Virus record (IMG/VR): IMGVR_UViG_3300022744_000020 | Coordinates: 124,001 to 188,000 of that record | Direction: 5' to 3' (one strand) | DNA length: 64,000 nucleotides | Part shown: positions 49,025 through 57,941 of the stretch, one piece after another | Layout: every line of letters starts with the position of its first letter | Numbering within the stretch: the first letter of the stretch is position 1 | Notes under the pieces: model-generated | Databases searched by the model: none | What the model was told of the DNA's origin: nothing | What the model saw: only the letters and a program-made list of their open reading frames with translations | Made by a program: the position numbers and the translations under genes

Positions 49025-49410
49025 GTTCTGTGGAGGAGTGCGTGCATCTCTTCGATCGCCTTAGTCTGTCTTCATTGAGTCGCCACATGGTTGCGCCGGC
49101 CCTTCATTGGGCGGCCACGGCAGTTACCAATCGCGCCTCGGAGCTACCCATCATCCCGGTTTTCCTGATCGCCGCTCAACGCCTGCCGAATGTCTCCCGG
49201 CGTCGCGTTGTCCGATCGGTATCGGCGCAAAAGCTGATGGACGGCCCAGCCGCATGGTCCAACCTGATCGATGGATTGGCCTTAATCCCGGGAGGGAATT
49301 TGGTCGAAACTTCTTGAGATCGGCGATTCGTGCTCGACAGTCTGACGTTCGGATCTCTGGCGACATTGCCACTAGAGGTTCCGTCGAAGTTCGCTCTCCT
49401 CCACACCCCT
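49025..49410 (+). ncRNA. Putative structured non-coding RNA of unknown family (~380 nt)
   Basis: Nested end-to-end helices: 49030-42/49392-404 (12 of 13 bp), 49050-58/49382-89, 49061-70/49336-45 (9 of 10), 49077-84/49322-29 (8 of 8); internal helices; G-U pairs favour the plus strand; TATG upstream and a 17-bp hairpin downstream. Confidence 0.7.
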
Positions 49411-49417
49411 TTTAAAG

Positions 49418-49464
49418 ACACCCCCAACACTACGTGTAATGCGTAGTGTTGGGGGTGTTGTATG
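49418..49464 (+). terminator. Long-stem hairpin (TATG class) after the putative ncRNA
   Basis: ACACCCCCAACACTACG / CGTAGTGTTGGGGGTGT, 17 bp, then TGTATG. Confidence 0.8.
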
Positions 49465-49562
49465 TTCGACCTTATTTATTTACAAGGTTAAGACATAAAA
49501 GTGGATGACTCAAGCCTTACTTCCATTTAACGAGTTGTCCCATCAAGAAAAGGATCCTACAC

Positions 49563-49949
49563 ATGAGCACCGTCAATATCGCTGGTCTGGACAAAGCTGA
49601 ACTCCTGATGCGCGCCTTCAACGCATCCAAACAACAAGGTCTCGGCCTGGCTGACCCGCTCGGTCGGCAAGACATGACGATCGATCAGGCTCGCGCCATC
49701 GCCACGCAGGGACCAATGGTGTATGACTACCTGCACGGTCGAGTCTTGAAGATCGATATCTCTGGCAATGAGGTCCGAACGTACGCGTACAACCGCGACG
49801 TTGGTCTGGGCGCATTGGAAAAGATCGTCGATGACATGCGCTCTGGTGTCGTGGCCCCTCCGCCGAAACTCGATCGTGAACCTCTCGAGTTCGATGCCGA
49901 GAAGTTCGCCCGCGAAAACCCCATCGAGATCCGGCCTCTGTGGAAATAA
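49563..49949 (+). CDS. Hypothetical protein, paralog of 15482-15844
   Basis: IAGLDKAELL...YDYLHGRVLKIDISG; strong codon bias. Confidence 0.7.
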   Translation: MSTVNIAGLDKAELLMRAFNASKQQGLGLADPLGRQDMTIDQARAIATQGPMVYDYLHGRVLKIDISGNEVRTYAYNRDVGLGALEKIVDDMRSGVVAPPPKLDREPLEFDAEKFARENPIEIRPLWK

Positions 49950-50047
49950 GTCTAAACCAATAAATAAATAATCCAAACCCCATCCTGTGACAAAGGGCGC
50001 TGGTGGTGTGGAATCCATTCGAGTCATGTCGCTGTTGGTTTAAGTTA

Positions 50048-50091
50048 ACGCCCTTAGCACTCTTGTGCTAAGGGCGTCTTTTTATTTTTTT
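50048..50091 (+). terminator. Rho-independent terminator (U-tract class)
   Basis: ACGCCCTTAGCAC / GTGCTAAGGGCGT + CTTTTTATTTTTTT. Confidence 0.8.
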
Positions 50092-50108
50092 GTCAAATAA
50101 AACATAGC

Positions 50109-50130
50109 CATATATCATCCAGGTAGTAGA
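50109..50130 (+). promoter_or_regulatory. Putative early promoter, divergent copy
   Basis: CATATAT-9nt-AGTAGA, one base shorter than the other copies. Confidence 0.4.
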
Positions 50131-50164
50131 GAACCCAAGAACAATTTAAGTCTAACCAAACAAC

Positions 50165-50842
50165 ATGCCACCCCTCCTGACTTTCCTAAAGAAATCCATC
50201 ATTGCTCTGCACCGACTCCATCAGGATGGCGTTTGGGATTGGGAGCAAAAGGTCATTCCCCCCGAGCATCCTTCCGGATTATTGCAAGAACAGATCCACA
50301 CGAAGCTATTGCTGAGAATGGCGGAGCTGATCAAGGAGAAGGTTGATTGTACCTCCTGCGTCTACCAAATGCTCTCAGAGCACGACTCTAGTCGTCTGGG
50401 GGTAGCAGACTACTCAGAGATTGAAAAATGCCTTGGTCGTCGTTTAAAGAAACCTGAAAATGGGCGATCTGGAGATTTTACGTTTCACCACCGAATAGAC
50501 TTATTCGTTGTAGCGAATGAATCTCGAACGATTGACCCCTACGAATTCCAGCAGTCGGCAAAGCGGTCAATCGATGTCATCAATGCCGCCCTGGCGAGAT
50601 TGGCCCAACCGATCCCATGGCTGTCCTTGACCCAGACGTTGAAGTTCAAGCAGTATCGACCTAAAGGGCCTCAAAATCCATTCGAGCTGTACTACGAGTT
50701 GTTTTTTAGCGGGGTCATCCTAGACCCTGGCCTTTCTGAAGCCAAGGCCGATGAGCTTCGTAGAACCATGATCCGTGCAGGTCACGGCGATTTGAAGGTA
50801 CCAACCTATACGGGTGGTTGGTTAGACCTTCGAGATCTTTAA
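50165..50842 (+). CDS. Hypothetical protein
   Basis: 225-aa ORF at the head of an operon. Confidence 0.6.
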   Translation: MPPLLTFLKKSIIALHRLHQDGVWDWEQKVIPPEHPSGLLQEQIHTKLLLRMAELIKEKVDCTSCVYQMLSEHDSSRLGVADYSEIEKCLGRRLKKPENGRSGDFTFHHRIDLFVVANESRTIDPYEFQQSAKRSIDVINAALARLAQPIPWLSLTQTLKFKQYRPKGPQNPFELYYELFFSGVILDPGLSEAKADELRRTMIRAGHGDLKVPTYTGGWLDLRDL

Positions 50843-50864
50843 TACCCGAACACTGGAGTCACCC

Positions 50865-51482
50865 ATGTTGATCATTTCTCACCGTGTAGCCGATGCCGAC
50901 GTCACCTCCATCGGCTATCGGTACGATCCTGAAAAGGATATCCGCTACATGATCTTTGGACAAACACAACAAATCGGTTGTACGATGTATCTGGTCTATG
51001 ACCGCGACACGATGGAGTTGGAGCAGTATTTCAGTCTCCGTCCAGGTATCGTGGTTAACGAGTTGCTGTTTTCCGGACCAAAGGAGCGCTGGTTTAACTC
51101 CGAGCACTTCATTCGGTCTTTCAAGGTAAAACTTCTCAAGATGACTGAGTCCGCCCCGAAGACGATCGAAGAGGGAGAAGAATCTCCCGACGCAATATCT
51201 GGACAATGGAACGAAGCCACCTTTCAAACTTACCTGAAAGAAATGACGTCTCCTCCAGTGCGAAATTGGAAAATCGGTTTTGAATCTTCAGGCAATAAAG
51301 ATCCTTACGAGTTGCTGCAGATCAGTTATAGCGCATTCCCGCTTCACCTTGACAAAAATGGAGAATTGAAGGGATTAGTTAAAGAATCCCACGATTTTGA
51401 GTTGTTTGTGTACCTTACTTGTCGTCTGCGTTCAGACGACCGTGCTAAAAGAATAAAGGCTTCTGGCCTCGTCGTTGTTTAA
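50865..51482 (+). CDS. Hypothetical protein
   Basis: 205 aa, SD GGAG. Confidence 0.6.
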   Translation: MLIISHRVADADVTSIGYRYDPEKDIRYMIFGQTQQIGCTMYLVYDRDTMELEQYFSLRPGIVVNELLFSGPKERWFNSEHFIRSFKVKLLKMTESAPKTIEEGEESPDAISGQWNEATFQTYLKEMTSPPVRNWKIGFESSGNKDPYELLQISYSAFPLHLDKNGELKGLVKESHDFELFVYLTCRLRSDDRAKRIKASGLVVV

Positions 51483-51502
51483 TTCCACCCGGAGAAATAC
51501 CC

Positions 51503-52186
51503 ATGAAAAACATCCTCGCATTCTCGACCTACCTGGCTTCTCAAATCGAAGAAGGCCAACGAACCAACACGGAGTCGGTCGCCAATGCGGTTATTCTGCA
51601 AAACCAGGATGTGGCCCGGAAAGCAGTACATCGCTTCATTGAAGTTGTGAATCTATTTATCGAGAATCCTCAAAACAAAGCGTGGGTATCTGGAGCCAGT
51701 ACGCTTTTCACGACTGAAAGAGATCCTGAAATCAGAAACCCGTACCTTCCGGATGGTCAAGAAGAAACGACCGATAACCCGGTCATGGCGATGTCGTTCG
51801 TCATTAAGTTCAAGACTGTGCATGCCCATGAACTGGTGAAGAAATCCCAGTTCCGTGGGAGTTACGCTATTCAGGATCGATTCATTCAAATACTGATGAC
51901 GATTCTGATCAAGTATCTGTCCATCACGAAAAATCAAACTCGTCGTGATTATGGTCAAATCCAAGGGAAATACCAATACCAACAAACACAGGAAGAGGGT
52001 GGAGAGGTTGTTCTCAAGGTTCTCTACCTTTTCGATACTCCTTCGTTCTACCGGCTCTGCCGGATCGATGTCCCGACATCGCCGCTGGACGTTATCGAAG
52101 AAGAAATTCGCGAGACCGGATTCAGCCTGTCAGTGGAAGCGATAACGGAGTTTGAAACCCGATACAAAGCCAAGAGCTTCATCTGA
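51503..52186 (+). CDS. Hypothetical protein
   Basis: 227 aa, SD GGAG. Confidence 0.6.
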   Translation: MKNILAFSTYLASQIEEGQRTNTESVANAVILQNQDVARKAVHRFIEVVNLFIENPQNKAWVSGASTLFTTERDPEIRNPYLPDGQEETTDNPVMAMSFVIKFKTVHAHELVKKSQFRGSYAIQDRFIQILMTILIKYLSITKNQTRRDYGQIQGKYQYQQTQEEGGEVVLKVLYLFDTPSFYRLCRIDVPTSPLDVIEEEIRETGFSLSVEAITEFETRYKAKSFI

Positions 52187-52209
52187 CCACCCCCTTTATT
52201 GGTGACGAC

Positions 52210-52875
52210 ATGACTATCGACAAACCCTCCGAAGACTCCAATCCGTTCCCGGGCGTGCTTAAAAGCGTGATTCGGGATGCTGTCGATCTCCAGCAACCAA
52301 CGCTGAAATTCCCCCGCTTTACCGGAAAGCCTCGAATTGAAAACAAAGACGGTTGTTGGATGCCGTACCAAACTGACCCCGTTTTCCTCGCACACCTGAA
52401 AGAACAAAAGGAAGAATATGCCCTTGACGTTTGGGGTTGTCCTGAGGATGGGCCCGAGAAATTCAACGGCACCTACTGGTTCGATACGGCAGATGAGCTG
52501 TGGTTGTATAAAGAGAAACTCTCAGCACTTCAGACAGGTGCCAGCTCTGCCTCCTTTGGTCGTGCAGTGAGGGCGAAAACCTTGGTCGAAGCGACCATGA
52601 AGTTACCCACCGGGGAAGAGTACGTCGTACACGAGGAAATTGGTTACGCATATCCTCCCGATGTCGCTCGTTACATGTACGTTGACGGCAACTACGGCTG
52701 TGACTGCAATCGCAGCATCAAACTGAGGAGAATGGGGGTGGATATCCCCGAACACGACTGCGGAGAAGTGATCGCCACGACCAAGGTGCGCGTATTTCTC
52801 GACTGGGGCGACGGTAAGAAGTTCGAGGTTCAAGGTCTTGAAAAAGGCGACATATATCCCGGCGAAGTAGGCTAA
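52210..52875 (+). CDS. Hypothetical protein with Cys cluster (YGCDCNRS...HDCG)
   Basis: 221 aa; possible metal-binding C-terminal domain. Confidence 0.6.
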   Translation: MTIDKPSEDSNPFPGVLKSVIRDAVDLQQPTLKFPRFTGKPRIENKDGCWMPYQTDPVFLAHLKEQKEEYALDVWGCPEDGPEKFNGTYWFDTADELWLYKEKLSALQTGASSASFGRAVRAKTLVEATMKLPTGEEYVVHEEIGYAYPPDVARYMYVDGNYGCDCNRSIKLRRMGVDIPEHDCGEVIATTKVRVFLDWGDGKKFEVQGLEKGDIYPGEVG

Positions 52876-52893
52876 GCGAAGTAAGAGGAAAAG

Positions 52894-53511
52894 ATGTCTG
52901 ATTTGAAACTTGAAGGTCCGGAAGGGGCCCAGAAAATCCCCCTGATGGAAAAGCATCATGTCGATGATTGGGTAGCCATGGTGCTCAATCGTTACGATTT
53001 GAGGCAAACTGAAGAACAAGCACAGGAGAAAGCTGCCGCGGCGTGGTTCTGGATCTTTGGTGCATCCCAAACGGTCCAGCCAGCTTTCCTGTCGGTGTTT
53101 TCAGTGAAGTGCCTACCGACGCTCACCTGCCAGTACCGGGGGCAACTCCACCGAGTGACCGGAAGTTCTCGACTCGGTGACGTGTGGCTCACAGAAGACC
53201 TCAGTCAGTCGGAAGGATATACCAAGAGGGTCAGCATCATCGACTGTTTCGACTGGAAGATTGTCCGAGAGTTGGTCAATCTGGAAGACATTCTCAGCCC
53301 TGAGGAGTGTGACTTCGTCCAAAGAGTGTCGAATTATTCCGGAGGAAAAATCCATGAGTGTTTCCACTATCCTTCGGAAGAAGAAACCATCTGCCTGTGG
53401 AGGCGACCAGAGGAGATGGGGCTGATCAAATGCGTGGGCAGCTACAAGTGGGTCGCCACGCCAAAACTCCGCCAACAGTATCAAATGGTCAATAACGAAC
53501 CTAAGCCCTAA
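52894..53511 (+). CDS. Hypothetical phage protein
   Basis: 205 aa, SD GAGGA; central RVTGSSRLGDVWL segment. Confidence 0.6.
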   Translation: MSDLKLEGPEGAQKIPLMEKHHVDDWVAMVLNRYDLRQTEEQAQEKAAAAWFWIFGASQTVQPAFLSVFSVKCLPTLTCQYRGQLHRVTGSSRLGDVWLTEDLSQSEGYTKRVSIIDCFDWKIVRELVNLEDILSPEECDFVQRVSNYSGGKIHECFHYPSEEETICLWRRPEEMGLIKCVGSYKWVATPKLRQQYQMVNNEPKP

Positions 53512-53520
53512 GGAGCAACC

Positions 53521-54150
53521 ATGAGTAACGACGAGCGGATGCATCCGCCCGTTACCCACATCAAACTGGGTAACGGTGAGAAGATCAACTACGAGAAGAC
53601 GATCGCTGAAGCAGAAATTCAAAAAGCGTCAAACCTTCCGGATTTACTGAAGATCGTCCAGGATTATAACCGGGAGAAAAATCCAGCGATCATCTTCGTC
53701 ACCTCTCCAACGGGATCTCCGCTGGATACGGAATACTGGACGGTTCGAGGGAGCGCAGGTAGGCTGTCAGCGACGCATGCGGACGAGCCTTTAAACTTTA
53801 TTCACGTCACTCGACAGCCTCCTGGCGATCAAGAACAACTTCGTTTGAAGATTCTGAAAACCAGAAGCCACAACGCTTTTAGGATTGTAGATATGCCTTT
53901 CCAACTCTGGGAACCCGAACGTCTTCGATACGAAGATTTGAGAGTCGATATGACGGAAGTTCGTATCGAAGACTTCGAAAAGAAACGACGAGAGAGGGTC
54001 TCAAAAGCGCATCTGAAAAAGAATGGCGCAGCCAGACTCCAAGCCTTCTCCAAAGAGAATCCGCTGAAAACGGAACTTCTGAAGAAAAGCCCCTTCCTCA
54101 CCCGAGAGCAAAAGAATGTCATTTATGAAAAATCCACCCCCCGCCGCTAA
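53521..54150 (+). CDS. Hypothetical protein with degenerate P-loop-like segment and basic tail
   Basis: IIFVTSPTGS; tail LQAFSKENPLKTELLKKSPFL. Confidence 0.6.
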   Translation: MSNDERMHPPVTHIKLGNGEKINYEKTIAEAEIQKASNLPDLLKIVQDYNREKNPAIIFVTSPTGSPLDTEYWTVRGSAGRLSATHADEPLNFIHVTRQPPGDQEQLRLKILKTRSHNAFRIVDMPFQLWEPERLRYEDLRVDMTEVRIEDFEKKRRERVSKAHLKKNGAARLQAFSKENPLKTELLKKSPFLTREQKNVIYEKSTPRR

Positions 54151-54949
54151 CACTCCTTCGGAGGAAACCTTTAACGGTGGAGTCGCTACCCCCATACCTG
54201 GGGATTTGAATTACGAAGCTGCTATTCAGGGTTTGGAGCAATACCTGGAAGCCAAAGTCTCGAGCGCTATGTCCGAAAAGGAAGGCCCGGCGAGGGAAGC
54301 GCCCGCTGAAACGGACGTAGATCTGGAACTGCACGAACGTCAGAGAAAAGCACTCCAGGAAACGCTAGAGCGTTTTCATCGAAATGCCACGATTGGAGCG
54401 TTCAGCACTTCTCGTAGTTTTCGAATCACGGATATTGAGAGTGGTTCGGAAGAACTTCAAAAACTGATCGAATCATTCGGGGACGACACAAACCCCAACA
54501 ACCGGTCGGTTATTTATGGCCTCGCCACTGGAAGGTTCGGTGACGGAAAAACTCGGATGACTCAAATGTTGATAGATCAAGCTATCGAAAGAATCAAAGA
54601 ACACCAGGTAGGGCCGAAACTACCGAAACATCTCCCTCAGACGTTCATCTTTTCTGACGTCGGTCCCGCGGGAGGACTCCGTCGAGCGTTACTTCGGATG
54701 GGGCCGTCACCGGAAATCGAGGTTCTTTCTTCGAGTCATTTAAATTTCCCAGAGAGCGATTGGAAATTTTCGTGGCACAACCCATCGGTGACGAAACAAA
54801 AGAAACAAAAGAAACAGAAGTTGGCTGTGGCGCAGCCTTACTCAAAGCAAGCCAAGAAGAGCCCATTGGCGTTCTTGAAGGACAAGATGGAAAAGAAAGC
54901 CGAGCTCTTGGGTTCCAACCCATTCATGAAAAAGAAGGATGTATCATGA
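54116..54949 (+). CDS. Hypothetical protein with Walker A-like motif and shared basic tail
   Basis: GRFGDGKT; tail PYSKQAKKSPLAFLKDKMEKKAELLGSNPF. Confidence 0.6.
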   Translation: MSFMKNPPPAANTPSEETFNGGVATPIPGDLNYEAAIQGLEQYLEAKVSSAMSEKEGPAREAPAETDVDLELHERQRKALQETLERFHRNATIGAFSTSRSFRITDIESGSEELQKLIESFGDDTNPNNRSVIYGLATGRFGDGKTRMTQMLIDQAIERIKEHQVGPKLPKHLPQTFIFSDVGPAGGLRRALLRMGPSPEIEVLSSSHLNFPESDWKFSWHNPSVTKQKKQKKQKLAVAQPYSKQAKKSPLAFLKDKMEKKAELLGSNPFMKKKDVS

Positions 54950-55506
54950 CCAGCGACTCAAAAGTCACGATAATGAACTGGTTCTCTTCGAGTGATTACC
55001 AACCTACGCCAGATCCAGCCCTTCCGTCGGACTTCATCAAAGATGGAGTGCTGGACATTTACTCGGTGGCAACGCGCCAGGCATTAGTAAAAATCCTCGA
55101 ACTGAGGAATGGTTCAAGGACAGAGCCGACCGTTGAGATCAACCAGGTTATCCAATCGCTCTTGAAAGGCAGTGGGAAGTCTGAACTCAGCAAAGAGCTT
55201 TGGCTGGAGCATTGCAAAATTCACGGGACATCACCAGAGAACGTACTGGTGATTGATTCCTTGGCGGCTCACGCGGAAGCTTATCCATTCGCTTGTACCT
55301 ACCCTGATATGGAGATCCTGAATGATCCCATTGATGAGTGGACCGACCTTGAAGCACAAGAACGAGAAAGAGTCGAGAACCTGGTTTCAAAACCTTACTC
55401 CAAGAACGCCAAGAAAAACCCGCTTGCTTTCTTGAAGGACAAAGCCAACAAAAAAGCTGAACTGGTACGGAAAAATCCCTTCTTCAAAAACACCGGAGTC
55501 AAGTAA
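54946..55506 (+). CDS. Hypothetical protein with Walker A/B-like remnants and shared basic tail
   Basis: ATGA overlap start; GSGKS...VLVIDS; tail PYSKNAKKNPLAFLKDKANKKAELVRKNPF. Confidence 0.6.
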   Translation: MTSDSKVTIMNWFSSSDYQPTPDPALPSDFIKDGVLDIYSVATRQALVKILELRNGSRTEPTVEINQVIQSLLKGSGKSELSKELWLEHCKIHGTSPENVLVIDSLAAHAEAYPFACTYPDMEILNDPIDEWTDLEAQERERVENLVSKPYSKNAKKNPLAFLKDKANKKAELVRKNPFFKNTGVK

Positions 55507-55926
55507 ATGACGAATCGCTTCCATTTGAAACCTTCCAGCTTTGTGGTCCGCGTGAAACGACCTGAGGGAGAAGAGCTTCGAATCCCAGGTTCCTTCGATG
55601 GGAAGACTCCCAAGGCTGAGAAGCCGGTAAAGGTCGTTCGAATGGGGATTGTTCAACCGCCCCATTCTGGCGCACCCTCGGAGCTTCCGGCACCGAAAGA
55701 CAAACCTCCAGCGGTTACGCGAATTGCCCCAGGGAATAAGTGGGAGTCACCAGGCCCTTGGGCAAGGTGGCTGACCACCGATCAGGCCGTTGCCATACTG
55801 AAGGCCGCCATCGAGAAACTGGAGAATGCCGAGGCTCCTCTCTACGTCACTGATTTGTTTGGTGAAGAAGGGCTGACTGAAGAAAATCCACTGCCCAATC
55901 CCCCATTCAACTGGAGGCAATTGTGA
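55507..55926 (+). CDS. Hypothetical protein
   Basis: 139 aa, Pro-rich. Confidence 0.55.
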   Translation: MTNRFHLKPSSFVVRVKRPEGEELRIPGSFDGKTPKAEKPVKVVRMGIVQPPHSGAPSELPAPKDKPPAVTRIAPGNKWESPGPWARWLTTDQAVAILKAAIEKLENAEAPLYVTDLFGEEGLTEENPLPNPPFNWRQL

Positions 55927-56189
55927 CTCTCGATGAATTCATTGAACAAAACAAACTGCGGGTGTATCGAACGTTCACGCGTCCGGCTGACAATCGGTCT
56001 TTTCACTTCCGCATTCTCCATGCGGAAGTTCTACACGAAGGTCTTCTAAAGGGATTGTTTGGAGAGGGTAAAACGCCGAAATCTGCTGAGGCTGACTACG
56101 TCGAAAAGATCAAAGGAAAAACGATTGTACTGGAGGCTTATTCCAACCTTCGGCAAGAAATCCAAGTCCCATTGGATCTGACCATTTAA
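55923..56189 (+). CDS. Hypothetical protein
   Basis: 88 aa, GTGA overlap, SD GGAGG. Confidence 0.6.
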   Translation: MTLDEFIEQNKLRVYRTFTRPADNRSFHFRILHAEVLHEGLLKGLFGEGKTPKSAEADYVEKIKGKTIVLEAYSNLRQEIQVPLDLTI

Positions 56190-56208
56190 CCAACAATGAA
56201 CAAGCACC

Positions 56209-56520
56209 ATGGCAACTCAAGACCTTCTCCTGAAAATCATTGCACGATGCAAGGCTTCTGTAACTCTTACAGTTAACGACTACATCTGCTCGCATCAATC
56301 GGTTGCAGAAGAGATTGAAACCTACCTCAGCACGGGTCCGGATAGACTCTCGTCTTTCCTCGAGGGTCAGAAAACCATCGAAGAGTGTATCGAAAAAGAC
56401 ACCCTCATCTGTTTGGATTTCTATCCCGATACGCCCGGAGGTTTTTACACGATCTACCATTGGGATCTTGAAGCGATCTTGAAGGAAGCCTGTGAAATTC
56501 TAGGGATTCCCTTGGAATAA
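56209..56520 (+). CDS. Hypothetical phage protein
   Basis: 103 aa; FYPDTPGGFYTIYHWDLE motif. Confidence 0.6.
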   Translation: MATQDLLLKIIARCKASVTLTVNDYICSHQSVAEEIETYLSTGPDRLSSFLEGQKTIEECIEKDTLICLDFYPDTPGGFYTIYHWDLEAILKEACEILGIPLE

Positions 56521-56526
56521 ACCAAC

Positions 56527-56552
56527 ACCCCCGCCCTAAAAGGGCGGGGGGT
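56527..56552 (+). terminator. GC hairpin terminator
   Basis: CCCCCGCCCT / AGGGCGGGGG followed by a T-rich stretch. Confidence 0.7.
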
Positions 56553-56603
56553 AAATCTTTATTCTTTTTTCAAATCGTCTGCCTAAAACAGAAACCAACC
56601 AAC

Positions 56604-57881
56604 ATGGACATTTCAGCAATCTTTGATTCTCTATCTGGCTGGATAGAGAAATACAACACCCTGATGGGCAATAACGGCTTCCTTGCCGCAACTCTAGCGG
56701 GAGGACTCATGTACGCACTGTCTTGGATTTTCGAAAGACTGTGCGCAACTGTCAATTGGCTCTTCCGGTTCAGTGTGATTCAACTCACCCTGCAATACGA
56801 CGGAGATCAATCGAATCAAGTCAACTACGCCATCTTTCTCCGGTGGGTTCAACCCAAACTACTGAGTGCCTTTTCTCGGATCGCAACAGTGCGAACAAAG
56901 AAAAGAGACTGGTACACCGACGAAGATAGTGAGCCAGGACAACGATTTCTGTCGGTGTCTCAAGGGCTTCATTTCTTCTTTTACGAGAAGCGACTCTTCT
57001 GGATATTCCTAAGCATCAACGATACTCTCGCCACCGAAACCAACAAAGAAGCCATTAACGTTTACAGTTTCGGCTTTGATACGTCTGTTTTCAAGCGGAT
57101 GGTGATGGAGGTTTTCCCAGCTAAAGTGGACGAAGGAAAGCTCAAAGTTTTTTCTATGTCGACCGGCATCGGGAAAGACGAGATCGGAGACGACATCTGG
57201 TCCAGTAAGGAATATCCTCCTCGTTTGCTTGATTCGGTAGCGATGCCTGACGCTACCCGGAAGCAATTAGAAGATTCAATGGAAAGATTCCTGAGTATGC
57301 GGGAGTGGTACACGAGGAACGGAATCCCATACAAGCTGGGTATTTGTTTCTATGGTCCTCCCGGTACCGGAAAAAGCTCGATCTCTCGGGCGATAGCGCA
57401 TCACCTCAAGCGCAATCTTTATTGCATCAACCTCAGCGAAGTTTCCAACCTGGCCTTCACTGCCCTGCTTCGAAACATTCCTCCAAAGTCGGTGGTGCTG
57501 TTTGAAGACGTGGACACCAACACGAACCTCCACTGCCGCACCTACGGTCACAAAGAGGACGACAAGAAGGTAGGTCTGGGAACTGTTCTCAACGGAATCG
57601 ATGGTGCAGAGGTTCTGGATGATCTCGTGCTCATCTTTAATACCAACGCGTATGAAGTGCTTGACCCAGCCTTTCGCCGCGCCGGGCGTTTTGATTTACC
57701 GCTGTATATCGGCAACCTCAATGCAGAGCTGGTAAAGAAGCGGATGCATTACTGCTATGGAGAGGAAGCCCTGGCAATCGATCTGCCAGAAGGGTTTGAG
57801 ATAAACGGATCCGAACTCCAGAGGATCATCAACGAAAATCCATTGGATGCAAAAGCCGCCATTCTTCGCTTGACAGCATAA
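56604..57881 (+). CDS. BCS1-like AAA+ ATPase with N-terminal membrane anchor
   Basis: WYTRNGIPYKLGICFYGPPGTGKSS, VLFEDVD, LNGIDG, SRH TNAYEVLDPAFRRAGRFD; TM segment NNGFLAATLAGGLMYAL. Confidence 0.85.
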   Translation: MDISAIFDSLSGWIEKYNTLMGNNGFLAATLAGGLMYALSWIFERLCATVNWLFRFSVIQLTLQYDGDQSNQVNYAIFLRWVQPKLLSAFSRIATVRTKKRDWYTDEDSEPGQRFLSVSQGLHFFFYEKRLFWIFLSINDTLATETNKEAINVYSFGFDTSVFKRMVMEVFPAKVDEGKLKVFSMSTGIGKDEIGDDIWSSKEYPPRLLDSVAMPDATRKQLEDSMERFLSMREWYTRNGIPYKLGICFYGPPGTGKSSISRAIAHHLKRNLYCINLSEVSNLAFTALLRNIPPKSVVLFEDVDTNTNLHCRTYGHKEDDKKVGLGTVLNGIDGAEVLDDLVLIFNTNAYEVLDPAFRRAGRFDLPLYIGNLNAELVKKRMHYCYGEEALAIDLPEGFEINGSELQRIINENPLDAKAAILRLTA

Positions 57882-57941
57882 GCACCCATGGGGTGAGCAC
57901 TTGCGTGCTCACCCCTTAGTTATTTTTTTGGATGCGACATA

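Noticed and set aside
49030-49410. Calling the RNA tmRNA, RNase P, SRP or a group I intron
   Set aside because: No G3:U70 pair, no T-arm next to the acceptor stem, no terminal CCA and no stop after LIAA; no GAGGAAAGUCC or ACAGAACCCGGCUUA; no SRP helix-8 motif; no clear P7 elements.
49030-49415. ORFs of 95 aa and 102 aa over the putative ncRNA
   Set aside because: No SD, atypical composition, and the sequence is better explained by base pairing; not formally excluded.
50165-52186. Possible paralogy among three adjacent hypothetical genes (NPFELYY / DPYELLQ)
   Set aside because: Similarity is limited to one short motif; too weak to support.
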